Below are positions 28,409-38,773 of a stretch of DNA of 64,000 bases, in pieces. Source of the stretch: a virus (taxonomy: Duplodnaviria > Caudoviricetes). A model generated the notes under the pieces. The model did no database searches. It was not told where the DNA came from and worked only from the letters and a program-made list of their open reading frames with translations. Location of the stretch: IMG/VR virus record IMGVR_UViG_3300025387_000015, positions 1-64,000 of that record. One strand, given 5' to 3'. The translations under genes were made by a program, and so were the position numbers. How positions within the stretch are numbered: position 1 is the first letter of the stretch; the number at the start of each line of letters is the position of its first letter.

Positions 28409-30211
28409 ATGGCAATATCCTTATTCGGATTCGAATTCAAGCGTAAAACTCAAGATCAAGACCCAATTCCATCATTTGCTCCAAAAGAATCAGATGATGG
28501 TGCAGTAGTCATTGCAGCTGGTGGTGCTTATGGAACTTACGTTGACCTTGATGGTACTGTAAGAACAGAAGCAGAATTAGTAACAAAATATCGTGAAATG
28601 TCACTTCATCCAGAATGTGATGCAGCCGTTGATGAAATTGTAAATGAATCAATTTCCATTGACGAAGAAGATATTGTTTCTATCAATTTAGATAATATTA
28701 AACTTTCAGATAATATCAAAAAAGCAATTACTGATGAATTCAATAATTGTCTAAAGATTTTAGATTTTAATAATCATGCTTATGAAATATATCGCCGTTG
28801 GTATGTTGATGGTAGATTATATTATCATGTTATTGTTGATCCAAAAGATCCTAAATCTGGCATCAAAGAAGTAAGATATATCGATCCTCGTAAAATACGT
28901 AAAGTAAGAGAAATCTCAAAGAAAAGAGTTTCCTCTGAAAACCCAGATGGTGCTTCAATTGCCAAAACAGTTAATGAATATTTTATATTCAATGATAAAG
29001 GTTTCAACTATGGAAACAAAGTAGTTGGCCCATCAACGACTGGTTTGAAAATTGCCAAAGATTCTATTTTACATATTGTTTCTGGATTAACTGATAACCA
29101 AGGAACAATGGTTCTTTCGTATCTTCATAAAGCAATTAAGTCGCTTAATCAGTTACGCACACTAGAAGATGCGTTAGTTATCTATAGATTATCTCGTGCT
29201 CCTGAACGCCGTATTTGGTATATTGATGTTGGTAATCTACCAAAAATGAAAGCTGAACAATACGTTCGCGATATTATGGTAAAACACAAGAATAGATTAA
29301 TTTATGATGGTAACACTGGCGAAGTAAGAGACGATCGCAAGTTTATGACAATGCTTGAAGATTATTGGTTACCACGTAGAGAAGGTGGTCGTGGTACTGA
29401 AGTTACTACGCTTCCTGGAGGTCAGACGCTTGGGCAGATGGACGACGTTCTATATTTCCAAAAGAAATTTCTAAACTGCTTAAATGTTCCTATTTCAAGA
29501 TTGAACTCAGATGCTTTGTTTTCAGTAGGTCGTGCAACTGAAATTACTAGAGATGAATTAAAGTTCGCAAGATTCGTTATCCGTTTAAGAACTAAATTTA
29601 CCAATCTATTCATTAAAATGTTAGAGAAGCAATTAGTTCTAAAGGGCGTTATGACAATTGAAGATTGGGAAAAGATTGCTGCAGATATTAAATTTGATTA
29701 CGCCAAAGATAACTATTTCACTGAATTGAAAAATGCTGAAATTGCTCAAAACCGTGTTCAACTTGTTCAAACTTTCGATCAAGCTGGTATTATCGGTAAA
29801 TATGTTTCTCATGATTATATCCGCAAAGAAGTAATGATGCAAACTGATGAGGACATCGATGAGCAAGATAAACTGATAGCAAAAGAAAATAATTCTGGAG
29901 ATAGTAGATGGATCAATCCAGCTATCGAGCAAAATATAGATATGATGAATCAAATGAATATGCAAAACCAACAAGCTCAAATGCAAATGGATGCTATGAA
30001 TCAACCACAAGAAGAACAACAGGATCCAGAAACTGCAAAGAAAATGGAATCTGTTCGTCAAGCAATGATAGTGGTTGACCAAATGAAAGAAAAAGGCAAA
30101 GATAACAGATCAATGCAAGATGAGGCCAAATACAAATCAGCATTACAGATTATCGCGAAGAATAAAGGTTTATTGTCCCAAATGGGTCAGCCACAGTCGG
30201 CAGCTCAATAA
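28409..30211 (+). CDS. gp20: portal vertex protein
   Basis: WYVDGRLYYH, IDPRKIRKVR, RAPERRIWYIDVGNLPK and EDYWLPRREGGRGTEVTTLPGG. Confidence 0.97.
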   Translation: MAISLFGFEFKRKTQDQDPIPSFAPKESDDGAVVIAAGGAYGTYVDLDGTVRTEAELVTKYREMSLHPECDAAVDEIVNESISIDEEDIVSINLDNIKLSDNIKKAITDEFNNCLKILDFNNHAYEIYRRWYVDGRLYYHVIVDPKDPKSGIKEVRYIDPRKIRKVREISKKRVSSENPDGASIAKTVNEYFIFNDKGFNYGNKVVGPSTTGLKIAKDSILHIVSGLTDNQGTMVLSYLHKAIKSLNQLRTLEDALVIYRLSRAPERRIWYIDVGNLPKMKAEQYVRDIMVKHKNRLIYDGNTGEVRDDRKFMTMLEDYWLPRREGGRGTEVTTLPGGQTLGQMDDVLYFQKKFLNCLNVPISRLNSDALFSVGRATEITRDELKFARFVIRLRTKFTNLFIKMLEKQLVLKGVMTIEDWEKIAADIKFDYAKDNYFTELKNAEIAQNRVQLVQTFDQAGIIGKYVSHDYIRKEVMMQTDEDIDEQDKLIAKENNSGDSRWINPAIEQNIDMMNQMNMQNQQAQMQMDAMNQPQEEQQDPETAKKMESVRQAMIVVDQMKEKGKDNRSMQDEAKYKSALQIIAKNKGLLSQMGQPQSAAQ

Positions 30212-30223
30212 GGAGTTATGTAA

Positions 30224-30412
30224 ATGATTGATGATAATAAATATAGTATAACGGATTTAATTTCTAACGCTTTTGATCAGAAGCCAACTGAATTCGAAAA
30301 TAATTTCGGTTCATTAATGGTTGATAGACTTAGATCAGCGGTAGAAATAAAGAAACAAGAAATTGCTGCTTCGATGTTCAATCCTGTAGCGGCAGAAACA
30401 GAGGAAGAATAA
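30224..30412 (+). CDS. small acidic prohead core-like protein (gp67 position)
   Basis: 62 aa with an acidic tail (ETEEE), located between portal and protease. Confidence 0.5.
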   Translation: MIDDNKYSITDLISNAFDQKPTEFENNFGSLMVDRLRSAVEIKKQEIAASMFNPVAAETEEE

Positions 30413-31314
30413 TGGCCAAGCATCTAAGAACCATTACAGAGGGTAAACTAGAAGGCGTCAAGAAATCTACAACAGTTCCTGGTTCAACAGGTTCTATTCC
30501 TGGCGTAGACTATGACCCAAAGGCACCCGACGATCAAGAATTTGTTAAATTACATTCTACTGAAAAGCATGCTGATCGTGTTGGTAATGGACCAGATGTT
30601 TATGCTGGATCAAAACAGAAACCATCTTTAGAAACTCCAGCTGCTAAGAATATGGGTCGTAAAAATATTAAAGACTCAATGAAAGTAAATGAAGGAGCAA
30701 CTTGCAACGAATCACCTGCCGGAACTAAATGCCCAGTTCATGATCTAGATGATTGTTCAGGTAAAACTGGAAAAAGCAAATACCTACTTTTAGATAAAAA
30801 TAAAATGAACGAAGAATCCGTCGAAGAGGGTATTCGCCCTATGACACGTAAATATTCTTCTTCAAAAGATGATCCTAAGAAATATTCTAACGAATATCCA
30901 AAACCATTCAGACAGCCAGGAACTCCATCAAAATCAGACTTAAGATCAATTATCTCTTCTGCTTCGAAAGGTAAAACTATCACTAAACTTCCTGCTGGTA
31001 AAGCAAAAGGTATAAAAGAAGAAGAGCAGATTGATGAAGTTTTAACAAAGAAAACTCCAGTCTCTTCAGTAATCCATGATTTCGTTCATTCAGATAATCC
31101 TAAGTTTGCAGGAAAATCTAAAAAAGAACGTCAGAAAATGGCACTAGGCGCTTACTATGGTATGCATCCAGAAAAATCTAAAAAGGTTCATGAAGATGCT
31201 GCCGAGCCAATGTTAGAAGGTGGTAAAAAGAAAAAAACACAAAAAGAAGATGGTCAAATTATGCCAGCTAAAACAGATAGCGGCGCAGCAGATGACGCAG
31301 CGAGGTTAGTATGA
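30412..31314 (+). CDS. prohead core/internal head protein
   Basis: Lys/Glu-rich, many (I/L/V/M)xE sites, IHDFVHSDNPKFAGKSKKER..MALGAYY segment; located between gp20 and gp21. Confidence 0.55.
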   Translation: MAKHLRTITEGKLEGVKKSTTVPGSTGSIPGVDYDPKAPDDQEFVKLHSTEKHADRVGNGPDVYAGSKQKPSLETPAAKNMGRKNIKDSMKVNEGATCNESPAGTKCPVHDLDDCSGKTGKSKYLLLDKNKMNEESVEEGIRPMTRKYSSSKDDPKKYSNEYPKPFRQPGTPSKSDLRSIISSASKGKTITKLPAGKAKGIKEEEQIDEVLTKKTPVSSVIHDFVHSDNPKFAGKSKKERQKMALGAYYGMHPEKSKKVHEDAAEPMLEGGKKKKTQKEDGQIMPAKTDSGAADDAARLV

Positions 31315-31556
31315 ATATTTTAAAACCACAAGGCGCAGAAATATCTATTGGTACAGCAAACACAGTTGCTAATTCTGTGTTAGTAAGAGTTTTAAACACA
31401 GGCGCTGCTGCTGTACTTAGATTTAAAGATAGTACTGGTTCAGAATATGCAAATCTGACTGTTTCGAATGCTCAGTATGTTGTTGTTCAAAAAAATACAA
31501 CAGACACGCTTACTGGCGCTAACATGTTAGCTGTTCCAGTGGCTTACAAAAATTAA
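31311..31556 (+). CDS. small hypothetical head-cluster protein
   Basis: 81-aa beta-rich ORF directly before gp21, overlapping the upstream gene by ATGA. Confidence 0.55.
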   Translation: MNILKPQGAEISIGTANTVANSVLVRVLNTGAAAVLRFKDSTGSEYANLTVSNAQYVVVQKNTTDTLTGANMLAVPVAYKN

Positions 31557-31565
31557 GGAACAGTA

Positions 31566-32237
31566 ATGAAACTAATTACAGAACTAGTAGAAGAAACAAA
31601 TTATATTACCGAAGTAAACGAAAGCGGCAGGAAAGATCATTTCATTGCTGGTCGTTTTATTACGGCAGAAGAAACAAATAAAAATGGAAGAAGATATCCG
31701 AAAGCTGTTCTGGAAAAAGAAGTTGATAGATATATTCGTGAGATGATTAACACCAAAAGAGCATTAGGCGAACTTAATCATCCACAAGGTCCAACTATCA
31801 ATCTTGATAGAGTTTCTCATATGATTACTGAACTAAAATGGGACGGTAATTACGTTAATGGTAAAGCCAAAATAACAGAAACTCCAATGGGAGAAATTGT
31901 TAAAGGTCTTCTTGAATCCGGATGGCAAGGTGGAGTTTCAACACGTGGCATGGGTTCATTGAAAGAATCAAACGGTACTATGGTTGTTCAGCCAGATTTC
32001 AAATTATCTACAGTTGATATTGTATCAGATCCATCAGGTCCAGGATGTTTTGTTAATGGTATCATGGAAGGCGTTGAATGGATTTTTGATCCTGTAAAGA
32101 ACACATGGCATGAAGAAAAACTTCATGAAATGAAAAAAGAAATTCGTAAAATGACTAGAGAAGAGATAGAAAAGAAGCAATTGGCTATGTTTGAAAATTA
32201 TATTGCTTCCCTGACAGTAAAAGATTATCTAATATAA
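31566..32237 (+). CDS. gp21: prohead protease
   Basis: MKLITE, NKNGRRYP, ALGELNHP, GVSTRGMGSL and DIVSDPS. Confidence 0.96.
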   Translation: MKLITELVEETNYITEVNESGRKDHFIAGRFITAEETNKNGRRYPKAVLEKEVDRYIREMINTKRALGELNHPQGPTINLDRVSHMITELKWDGNYVNGKAKITETPMGEIVKGLLESGWQGGVSTRGMGSLKESNGTMVVQPDFKLSTVDIVSDPSGPGCFVNGIMEGVEWIFDPVKNTWHEEKLHEMKKEIRKMTREEIEKKQLAMFENYIASLTVKDYLI

Positions 32238-32240
32238 ATA
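32233..32240 (+). promoter_or_regulatory. T4-type late promoter TATAAATA
   Basis: Exact consensus upstream of gp22. Confidence 0.65.
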
Positions 32241-32270
32241 ATTATAAATTTTAATAAGGAGACTATTCTA

Positions 32271-33488
32271 ATGGCTAATTTAGAAAACGAAACAGACTTC
32301 GAAGACGTTATTGATTCAACTGAAGAAGTCGTTGAAGAAGAGGTAGAGAACGTAGACGAAGCCGAAGAGGGATGGTCTGCTTCTAACAAAAAAGATAAAG
32401 CAAGAAGAGAAAAAGTAATGAAAGACACTAACGACGGTAAAGATCGTCCAGTAAAAGAAGAGACTATCGCTGCTGCTTCTCTTAAGACTCATGCATCAGC
32501 TGATAAGTCAAACGCTCCTGGTGATGATAAGGCTGTTACTTCTTCAAAAGTAGCCATGATGAAAAATATGACTCATATGATGGCCGGAATGGACAAAACT
32601 GATCTTCTTGATTTTTTCAATAAAACTATGGCACAATTTGGCCCAGGAAAAGATTACGGCGTTGGTGACAATTCAGGCTCAAACCAATCATCAATCGATA
32701 CTACTTTAGGTAAAGGTCCAAAAACAAAAGACGCTATGCCAAAACTAGACTCAAAGAATCATTGGGCAGAAGACGTTGAGGCTATGTTCTCAGGTCAAGA
32801 TCTTTCCGAAGAGTTCAAAGAAAAAGTAGAAACAATTTTCGAAGCTGCTATCAGCGCTCATGTTATCACTGAGACAGTTCGCCTCGAAGAAGAATTTGAA
32901 GCAAAACTAGCAGAAGAAGTTGAAGTAATCAAAGAAGAACTTTCAGCTAAACTTGACACTTATCTCGATTATGTTGTTGAGAATTGGATGAAAGAGAATG
33001 AAGTTGCTGTTGAATCAACTCTTCGTAACGAAATTATGGAAGAATTCATTGACGGTCTAAAGGGTCTATTTGCTGAACATTATATTGATATCCCAGAAGA
33101 CAAAGTTGATGTTCTTGCTGCTCTTGCTGAAAAAGTCGATGTTCTTGAAAAGAAACTTGACGAAGAAATCACTAAGAATGTAGCACTTGAAGAAGCAATG
33201 ATTGAAGAAGCCCGTAAGGACATCTTTGAAGAGATTTCTTCAGATCTTGCCTTAACACAGCAGGAAAAATTTGCAGCTCTTGCCGAAGGTATCGAATTCA
33301 CTGGTGATCTCGACACCTACACAAAGAAGCTAATGATCGTTAAAGAAAACTATTTCAAGGCTCCAACCGCTCCCTCTTCAAACATAACTGAAGAGACTTT
33401 TGAGGGTGATGTCACTGACAATGTTGTTTCTGTCGATCCAAGCGTAAATCGTTACGTTCAAGCAATCGCAAGAACTGTAAAGAAGTAA
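32271..33488 (+). CDS. gp22: prohead core scaffold protein
   Basis: Acidic coiled coil; LSEEFKEK...IFEAA and YLDYVVENWMKENEVAVE. Confidence 0.93.
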   Translation: MANLENETDFEDVIDSTEEVVEEEVENVDEAEEGWSASNKKDKARREKVMKDTNDGKDRPVKEETIAAASLKTHASADKSNAPGDDKAVTSSKVAMMKNMTHMMAGMDKTDLLDFFNKTMAQFGPGKDYGVGDNSGSNQSSIDTTLGKGPKTKDAMPKLDSKNHWAEDVEAMFSGQDLSEEFKEKVETIFEAAISAHVITETVRLEEEFEAKLAEEVEVIKEELSAKLDTYLDYVVENWMKENEVAVESTLRNEIMEEFIDGLKGLFAEHYIDIPEDKVDVLAALAEKVDVLEKKLDEEITKNVALEEAMIEEARKDIFEEISSDLALTQQEKFAALAEGIEFTGDLDTYTKKLMIVKENYFKAPTAPSSNITEETFEGDVTDNVVSVDPSVNRYVQAIARTVKK

Positions 33489-33491
33489 TTT

Positions 33492-33499
33492 TATAAATA
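33492..33499 (+). promoter_or_regulatory. T4-type late promoter TATAAATA
   Basis: Exact consensus upstream of gp23. Confidence 0.75.
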
Positions 33500-33531
33500 A
33501 ATAATAAACCTTAGTAAAGAAAGGAAAATAA

Positions 33532-34938
33532 ATGTATCTAGCTGAGGAAATTCAAAACAAGTGGGCACCAGTGCTCGACCACGATGCTCTAGGTTCTATT
33601 AAGGATCAGCATCGCCGTTCAGTTACTGCAGTTATGCTCGAAAACACTGAGAAGGCTCTTCGTGAGTCAGCTGCTCATGGTAGCTACCAGACTCTAACTG
33701 AGACTTCTTCAACTCTTCCAGTCAACGCAATGGGTTCATCTTCATCTGCTGCTGGTACTGGCGGTATCGATACTTTCGATCCTGTTCTAATCAGCCTCGT
33801 TCGTCGTGCAATGCCTAACCTAATTGCTTATGACATCTGCGGCGTTCAGCCAATGACTGGCCCAACTGGCCTTATCTTTGCTATGCGTTCACGTTATAAC
33901 ACTCAGGCTAACAGCACTGGCGGTTACGCTAACGGTGGTGTTGCTGATAACGAAACATTCTATAACGAAGTTAATACTGCATTCACTGGTTCTGGTTCAC
34001 TAACTGGCGCTAATGCTAATACTTTCGGTAACGGTTTCGTTGGAACTATCCCAGGTGCTACTAATACTACACCTCTAACTGCTACTAACACCTATAACAC
34101 TGGTGCTGGTATGACAACTGCTCAGGGCGAAGCTCTTGGCGTTGACTCTGGTAACACTTTCCCACAGATGGCTTTCTCAATCGAGAAGGTTACTGTAACT
34201 GCTCTAACTCGTGCTCTTAAAGCAGAATACACTATGGAACTTGCTCAAGATCTTAAAGCAATCCATGGTCTAGACGCTGAGACTGAACTTGCTAACATTC
34301 TTTCAGCTGAAGTTCTTGCTGAAATCAATCGTGAAGTAGTTCGTACTATCAACATCACTGCTACTCCAGGTGCACAGCTTAACACTACTACTGCTGGTGT
34401 ATTCGATCTAGACACTGATTCAAATGGCCGTTGGTCAGTTGAGAAGTTCAAAGGTCTTATGTTCCAGTTAGAGCGCGAAGCTAACCAAATCGCTAAGCAG
34501 ACTCGTAGAGGCAAGGGTAACATCGTTATCTGTTCTTCAGATGTTGCATCTGCTTTACAGATGGCTGGTGTTCTTGATTACACTCCTGCTCTTAACTCAA
34601 ACCGTCTAGAAGTTGATGATACTGGCAATACTTTTGCTGGTGTTCTCAATGGCCGTCTAAAAGTTTACATCGATCCTTATGCTGTCGGTGGTAACTATCT
34701 AACTGTCGGCTATAAAGGCTCTTCAGCTTTCGACGCTGGCTTGTTCTACTGCCCATACGTTCCACTACAGATGGTTCGTGCAGTTGATCAAAGCACTTTC
34801 CAGCCAAAAATTGGCTTCAAGACTCGTTACGGCATGGTTGCAAATCCATTCGCCGAGGGTATTACTAAGGGCGCTGGACGTCTCCAGATCTCAACTAACG
34901 TCTACTATCGTAGAGTTATTGTTAACAACCTTATGTAA
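33532..34938 (+). CDS. gp23: major capsid protein
   Basis: KWAPVLDH, LVRRAMPNLIAYDICGVQPMTGPTGLIFAMRSRY, RALKAEYTMELAQDLKAIHGLDAE and FQPKIGFKTRYG. Confidence 0.98.
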   Translation: MYLAEEIQNKWAPVLDHDALGSIKDQHRRSVTAVMLENTEKALRESAAHGSYQTLTETSSTLPVNAMGSSSSAAGTGGIDTFDPVLISLVRRAMPNLIAYDICGVQPMTGPTGLIFAMRSRYNTQANSTGGYANGGVADNETFYNEVNTAFTGSGSLTGANANTFGNGFVGTIPGATNTTPLTATNTYNTGAGMTTAQGEALGVDSGNTFPQMAFSIEKVTVTALTRALKAEYTMELAQDLKAIHGLDAETELANILSAEVLAEINREVVRTINITATPGAQLNTTTAGVFDLDTDSNGRWSVEKFKGLMFQLEREANQIAKQTRRGKGNIVICSSDVASALQMAGVLDYTPALNSNRLEVDDTGNTFAGVLNGRLKVYIDPYAVGGNYLTVGYKGSSAFDAGLFYCPYVPLQMVRAVDQSTFQPKIGFKTRYGMVANPFAEGITKGAGRLQISTNVYYRRVIVNNLM

Positions 34939-34980
34939 GATTAACTAAGTAGACCCCATAAACAAGGGGGCGAGAAACTT

Positions 34981-35005
34981 GGGGGGCAGCAATGCTCCCC
35001 TTTTT
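34981..35005 (+). terminator. Rho-independent terminator after gp23
   Basis: GGGGGGCA-GCAA-TGCTCCCC stem with GNRA loop, followed by TTTTT. Confidence 0.85.
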
Positions 35006-35009
35006 CATA

Positions 35010-35017
35010 TATAAATA
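35010..35017 (+). promoter_or_regulatory. T4-type late promoter TATAAATA
   Basis: Exact consensus just after the terminator and upstream of gp3. Confidence 0.7.
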
Positions 35018-35033
35018 GTTTAAAGGAGCTAAT

Positions 35034-35555
35034 ATGACAGCGATTAATGATACACCAACTAATCTGAATTATCTTAGTCCACTCAACTTCAAGTTTTTGA
35101 TAAAGAAAGCTCCTAATGTTAACTTCTTCATTCAGAAAGTTAATATTCCAAAACTAACATTAAAATCAGTAATAATCCCAAATCAATCCGTACCAGTTCC
35201 ATATCCAGGAGATCACTTGGATTATGGAACATTGGATATTACGTTTAAAGTAGATGAAAAACTTCAGAACTATCTAGAAATACATAATTGGATCAGATAT
35301 CTAGGTAAATTAGATTATAATGAATATTATAATTTAGAGAAGAATCCAACATATACAGGTGATGGTATATATTCTGATATTAATTTATCTGTTTTATCTA
35401 ACATCAAAACAATCAACTATGATGTTGTATTTATTGATGCATATCCAGTAGAATTGTCAAGTGTCACATTTAATACGACTGATAATGATGTTAATTATCT
35501 AGAGGCTTCAGCTTCATTTAAATACACTTACTACAATATTGCACAAACAGTTTAA
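35034..35555 (+). CDS. gp3: tail tube terminator/completion protein
   Basis: NYLSPLNFKF, FFIQKVNIP, L.ITFKVDE.LQNYLEIHNWI and F.DAYPV.LS. Confidence 0.88.
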   Translation: MTAINDTPTNLNYLSPLNFKFLIKKAPNVNFFIQKVNIPKLTLKSVIIPNQSVPVPYPGDHLDYGTLDITFKVDEKLQNYLEIHNWIRYLGKLDYNEYYNLEKNPTYTGDGIYSDINLSVLSNIKTINYDVVFIDAYPVELSSVTFNTTDNDVNYLEASASFKYTYYNIAQTV

Positions 35556-35617
35556 TATAGTTTTCCTTGACATAAATGATTATACTTGGTTATTCTGAAA
35601 TTGTCAAATCTTTTTTA

Positions 35618-35646
35618 TTGACTTTTAGATATTTTTATAGTATAGT
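35618..35646 (+). promoter_or_regulatory. sigma70-type promoter TTGACT-N17-TATAGT upstream of uvsY
   Basis: Hexamers at 35618-35623 and 35641-35646; a second TTGACA lies at 35567-35572. Confidence 0.6.
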
Positions 35647-35671
35647 ATGAAATATAATTGAGGAGAATTGT

Positions 35672-36106
35672 ATGAATATTGAAGAGATCATGACTCTGTG
35701 GGAATCAGATACAAATATCGATAGAACCGAATTAGGGGATGAAGCTCTAAAGGTTCCCAAACTCCACAGCAAATATTATAATATTTTAATTAAAGAAAGA
35801 TTACTGCTACGTAAACTCGAAGCAGAAATGAAACAACTAAAACTCGATAAGTATGAATTTCTCACTCAAGGACCAAACGACGAAACAAAAGAGAAAGGGT
35901 GGAAACTACCACCAAGGGGAATGATACTTAAAGGCGATCTACCAATGTATATTGATGCTGATAAAGATATGATTAATTTAAGTTTGAAAATTGGTATGCA
36001 ACATGAGAAAATAGAATTCCTAGATTCAGTAATTAAGACTATTATTAACAGAGGCTATATAATAAAGAACGCTATTGATTGGCAAAGGTTTACGATGGGA
36101 GCATAA
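35672..36106 (+). CDS. uvsY: recombination mediator UvsY
   Basis: W..D..ID...L..EAL..PKLHSKY and IKNAIDW..F..G. Confidence 0.9.
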   Translation: MNIEEIMTLWESDTNIDRTELGDEALKVPKLHSKYYNILIKERLLLRKLEAEMKQLKLDKYEFLTQGPNDETKEKGWKLPPRGMILKGDLPMYIDADKDMINLSLKIGMQHEKIEFLDSVIKTIINRGYIIKNAIDWQRFTMGA

Positions 36107-37560
36107 TGGTAGATGTAGTTGAGATCGAGAAATTCGATGAGGTGTATATAAAGATCAAAGCTGATCCTGGTGTTATGATGGAGTTGAGTGAGTATTTTAC
36201 TTTCAATGTCCCTGGCGCTAAATTCATGCCAGCATATAGAAGTAAATTTTGGGATGGTAAGATTAGACTTTTGAATGTTATGACTGGTTTATTATATGCT
36301 GGTCTTCTTAGATATGTTGAAGAATTCTGTAGATCAAGAGAATATATTATCGAACATCTTTCTGATTTTAGTTCAGAAGAATTTTCTGTCAAAGAAGCGA
36401 ACGAGTTTATCGCTAAATTGAAACCAACCATGCAGCCAAGAGATTATCAGATCGAGGCGTTTATGCATGCAGTTCGTGAAAGGAGAGCTTTATTATTATC
36501 GCCTACCGCATCTGGTAAATCATTCATCATCTATCTATTAACGAGGTATTATGCGAGTCGCACTCTTATTGTTGTTCCAACTACTTCTCTTGTTTCTCAG
36601 CTTGCCTCTGATTTTGCTGACTACGGGTTTGACTCTAATATGTGGGTACATCGTGTATTTTCTGGACAAGATAAAGTATCAGATAAGCCGATTACCATCA
36701 CAACGTGGCAATCGGTTTACAAATTACCTAAGACGTATTTCTCAAATTTTGATGTAGTGATAGGAGATGAAGCACATCTTTTTAAAGCAAAATCGCTTGC
36801 TTCTATTATGTCTAAACTTGATAATTGTAAATATCGCTTTGGCTTTACCGGAACTCTGGATGGAACTGAAACAAACCGCCTCGTTCTTGAAGGATTGTTT
36901 GGACCTGTTCGTAAAGTTATATCTACATCAGAATTGATTGAAAAGAAACATCTGGCGGAATTTAGTATTAAAGCATTAGTTCTCAGTTATCCTGATGAAG
37001 TTAGAAAATATGTTTCTTCTTTAAAATATCAAGATGAAATAGATTATATCGTCAGAATGCCAGAACGAAACAATTTTATTAAAAATTTAGCATTGTCTCT
37101 TGAAGGTAATACTCTTTTATTATTTCAATTCGTTGACAAACACGGAAAAGTATTATATGATATTATTAAGAGAGAAGCTGGTGATAGGAAAGTGTTTTAT
37201 GTTTCTGGTTCTGTAGATGGAGAAGAACGAGAAGAAATTAGAAGGATTGTGGAAAATGAATCAGATGCTATTATTGTCGCTAGTTATGGTACTTTTTCTA
37301 CCGGCGTCAATATTAAGAATCTGCATAGTGTTATTTTTGCTAGCCCAAGCAAGTCTCGCATTCGGAATCTTCAGTCCATTGGCAGGGGGTTACGTAAGTC
37401 TGATACTAAAACTGCTGCTACCTTATACGACATAGCAGATGATTTAACTTGGAAGAACAGAAAGAACTTTACTATACTACATTTTATGGAACGAATTAAG
37501 ATATATAATGAAGAGAAGTTCAAGTACAAACTCTATCAGGTAAAATTGAAAGTAACATAA
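36106..37560 (+). CDS. uvsW: DNA helicase UvsW
   Basis: Start placed at the TAATG overlap at 36106; SPTASGKS, VIGDEAH, GFTGT, STGVNI and QSIGRGLR. Confidence 0.95.
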   Translation: MVDVVEIEKFDEVYIKIKADPGVMMELSEYFTFNVPGAKFMPAYRSKFWDGKIRLLNVMTGLLYAGLLRYVEEFCRSREYIIEHLSDFSSEEFSVKEANEFIAKLKPTMQPRDYQIEAFMHAVRERRALLLSPTASGKSFIIYLLTRYYASRTLIVVPTTSLVSQLASDFADYGFDSNMWVHRVFSGQDKVSDKPITITTWQSVYKLPKTYFSNFDVVIGDEAHLFKAKSLASIMSKLDNCKYRFGFTGTLDGTETNRLVLEGLFGPVRKVISTSELIEKKHLAEFSIKALVLSYPDEVRKYVSSLKYQDEIDYIVRMPERNNFIKNLALSLEGNTLLLFQFVDKHGKVLYDIIKREAGDRKVFYVSGSVDGEEREEIRRIVENESDAIIVASYGTFSTGVNIKNLHSVIFASPSKSRIRNLQSIGRGLRKSDTKTAATLYDIADDLTWKNRKNFTILHFMERIKIYNEEKFKYKLYQVKLKVT

Positions 37561-38199
37561 ATGGAGTATTTCATTGAGAACAAAACAACATTACAACTAT
37601 TTCCTAGTTTAGTGTTTCAGGGTAAGATAAATGATGATAGTCTGTGTGATAGATTAGAAGAATATCTTTTGTCTTTGTGGAAAAATAAAGAGGGAATATT
37701 TGCCGAAGAAGAGGGGTTTACTTCTCACGATAATCTAAATGATAAACCAGAATTAAAAGAGTTATCTGATATTGTTTTGAAAGAAAGTAATTTTATACTA
37801 AATTTCTTTAAAGTAAAAAGAGACTCGCATTTTATAACTTCAATGTGGGCGAATATTTCTAGAGGAAGAAATATGCATCTAAAGCATATTCATCCTAATT
37901 CTTTTTTAAGTGGAGTGTTTTATGTTAAAACTCCAAAAGATTGTGGTCAGTTAGTAATAACAGACCCAAGACCTGGAAGTGAAGTAATACAACCAGACTA
38001 TCATGAACGTGATGTATATAATTGTGGAAAGTATCATATTATACCAGAAAAAGGTAATATACATTTTTGGCAGAGTTGGTTGCCTCATTGTGTAGAAAAA
38101 GCATATTCTAAATCAGAAGAGAACAGAATATGCATTGCCTTTAATATTATGATAAAAGGTAAAGCTGTGAACCCAACTCAGAGATATGATTTTAATTGA
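37561..38199 (+). CDS. 2OG-Fe(II) oxygenase-like protein
   Basis: H.H.HPNSFLSGVFYV, F.SWLPH.V and NRICIAFN. Confidence 0.8.
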   Translation: MEYFIENKTTLQLFPSLVFQGKINDDSLCDRLEEYLLSLWKNKEGIFAEEEGFTSHDNLNDKPELKELSDIVLKESNFILNFFKVKRDSHFITSMWANISRGRNMHLKHIHPNSFLSGVFYVKTPKDCGQLVITDPRPGSEVIQPDYHERDVYNCGKYHIIPEKGNIHFWQSWLPHCVEKAYSKSEENRICIAFNIMIKGKAVNPTQRYDFN

Positions 38200-38209
38200 G
38201 GCTAGAAAT

Positions 38210-38773
38210 ATGAGAAAGAAAAACAATTACATTAACAACAAAACACTTTATGGTTCTATGATTCATTACAAAAATGAAGTCAAAGAGGCAAAAGCAAACG
38301 ACGAAGAAGCTCCAATTGTTCCAAAGTATATTGGGGAGTCTATCATTCTTATCTGTAGTAATCTAGCAAAGAAACCAAACTTTTCTGGATATACATATAA
38401 AATGGATATGATTTCAGATGCAATTATGGACTGTGTTGCAGCTGTGGATAATTTTGATCCGGAAAGAACAAATAATCCTTTTGCCTATTTTACACAAATT
38501 GCTTGGAATGCTTTTATTCGTAGAATACAAAAAGAGAAAAAACAAACCTATATAAAACATAAGAATTTTGAAAACAGTTTTATGATGAATGAACTCTGGT
38601 CAGATGCTGAGAATATACATCTTAAAGCAAACGAATACTCCTCCGAAATAGTAAGATCTTTTGAAGATAAAAATAACTTGCCTAAAACTAAAAAGTCAAG
38701 TAAAATGGTTGGAGTAGAAAAGTTCTCAGGAGAAGAAGAAAATGAAAAAGAATCTACATCTAGTGCCAATTAA
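38210..38773 (+). CDS. gp55: late transcription sigma factor
   Basis: NYINNKTLY, PNFSGYTY..DMISDAI, NFDPE...NPFAYFTQIAWNAFIRRIQKEKKQ. Confidence 0.95.
   Translation: MRKKNNYINNKTLYGSMIHYKNEVKEAKANDEEAPIVPKYIGESIILICSNLAKKPNFSGYTYKMDMISDAIMDCVAAVDNFDPERTNNPFAYFTQIAWNAFIRRIQKEKKQTYIKHKNFENSFMMNELWSDAENIHLKANEYSSEIVRSFEDKNNLPKTKKSSKMVGVEKFSGEEENEKESTSSAN

Noticed and set aside
23694-37560. Introns, inteins or homing endonucleases in terminase, capsid or UvsW
   Set aside because: The reading frames are continuous and of normal length, with no intein or LAGLIDADG/GIY-YIG/HNH motifs.
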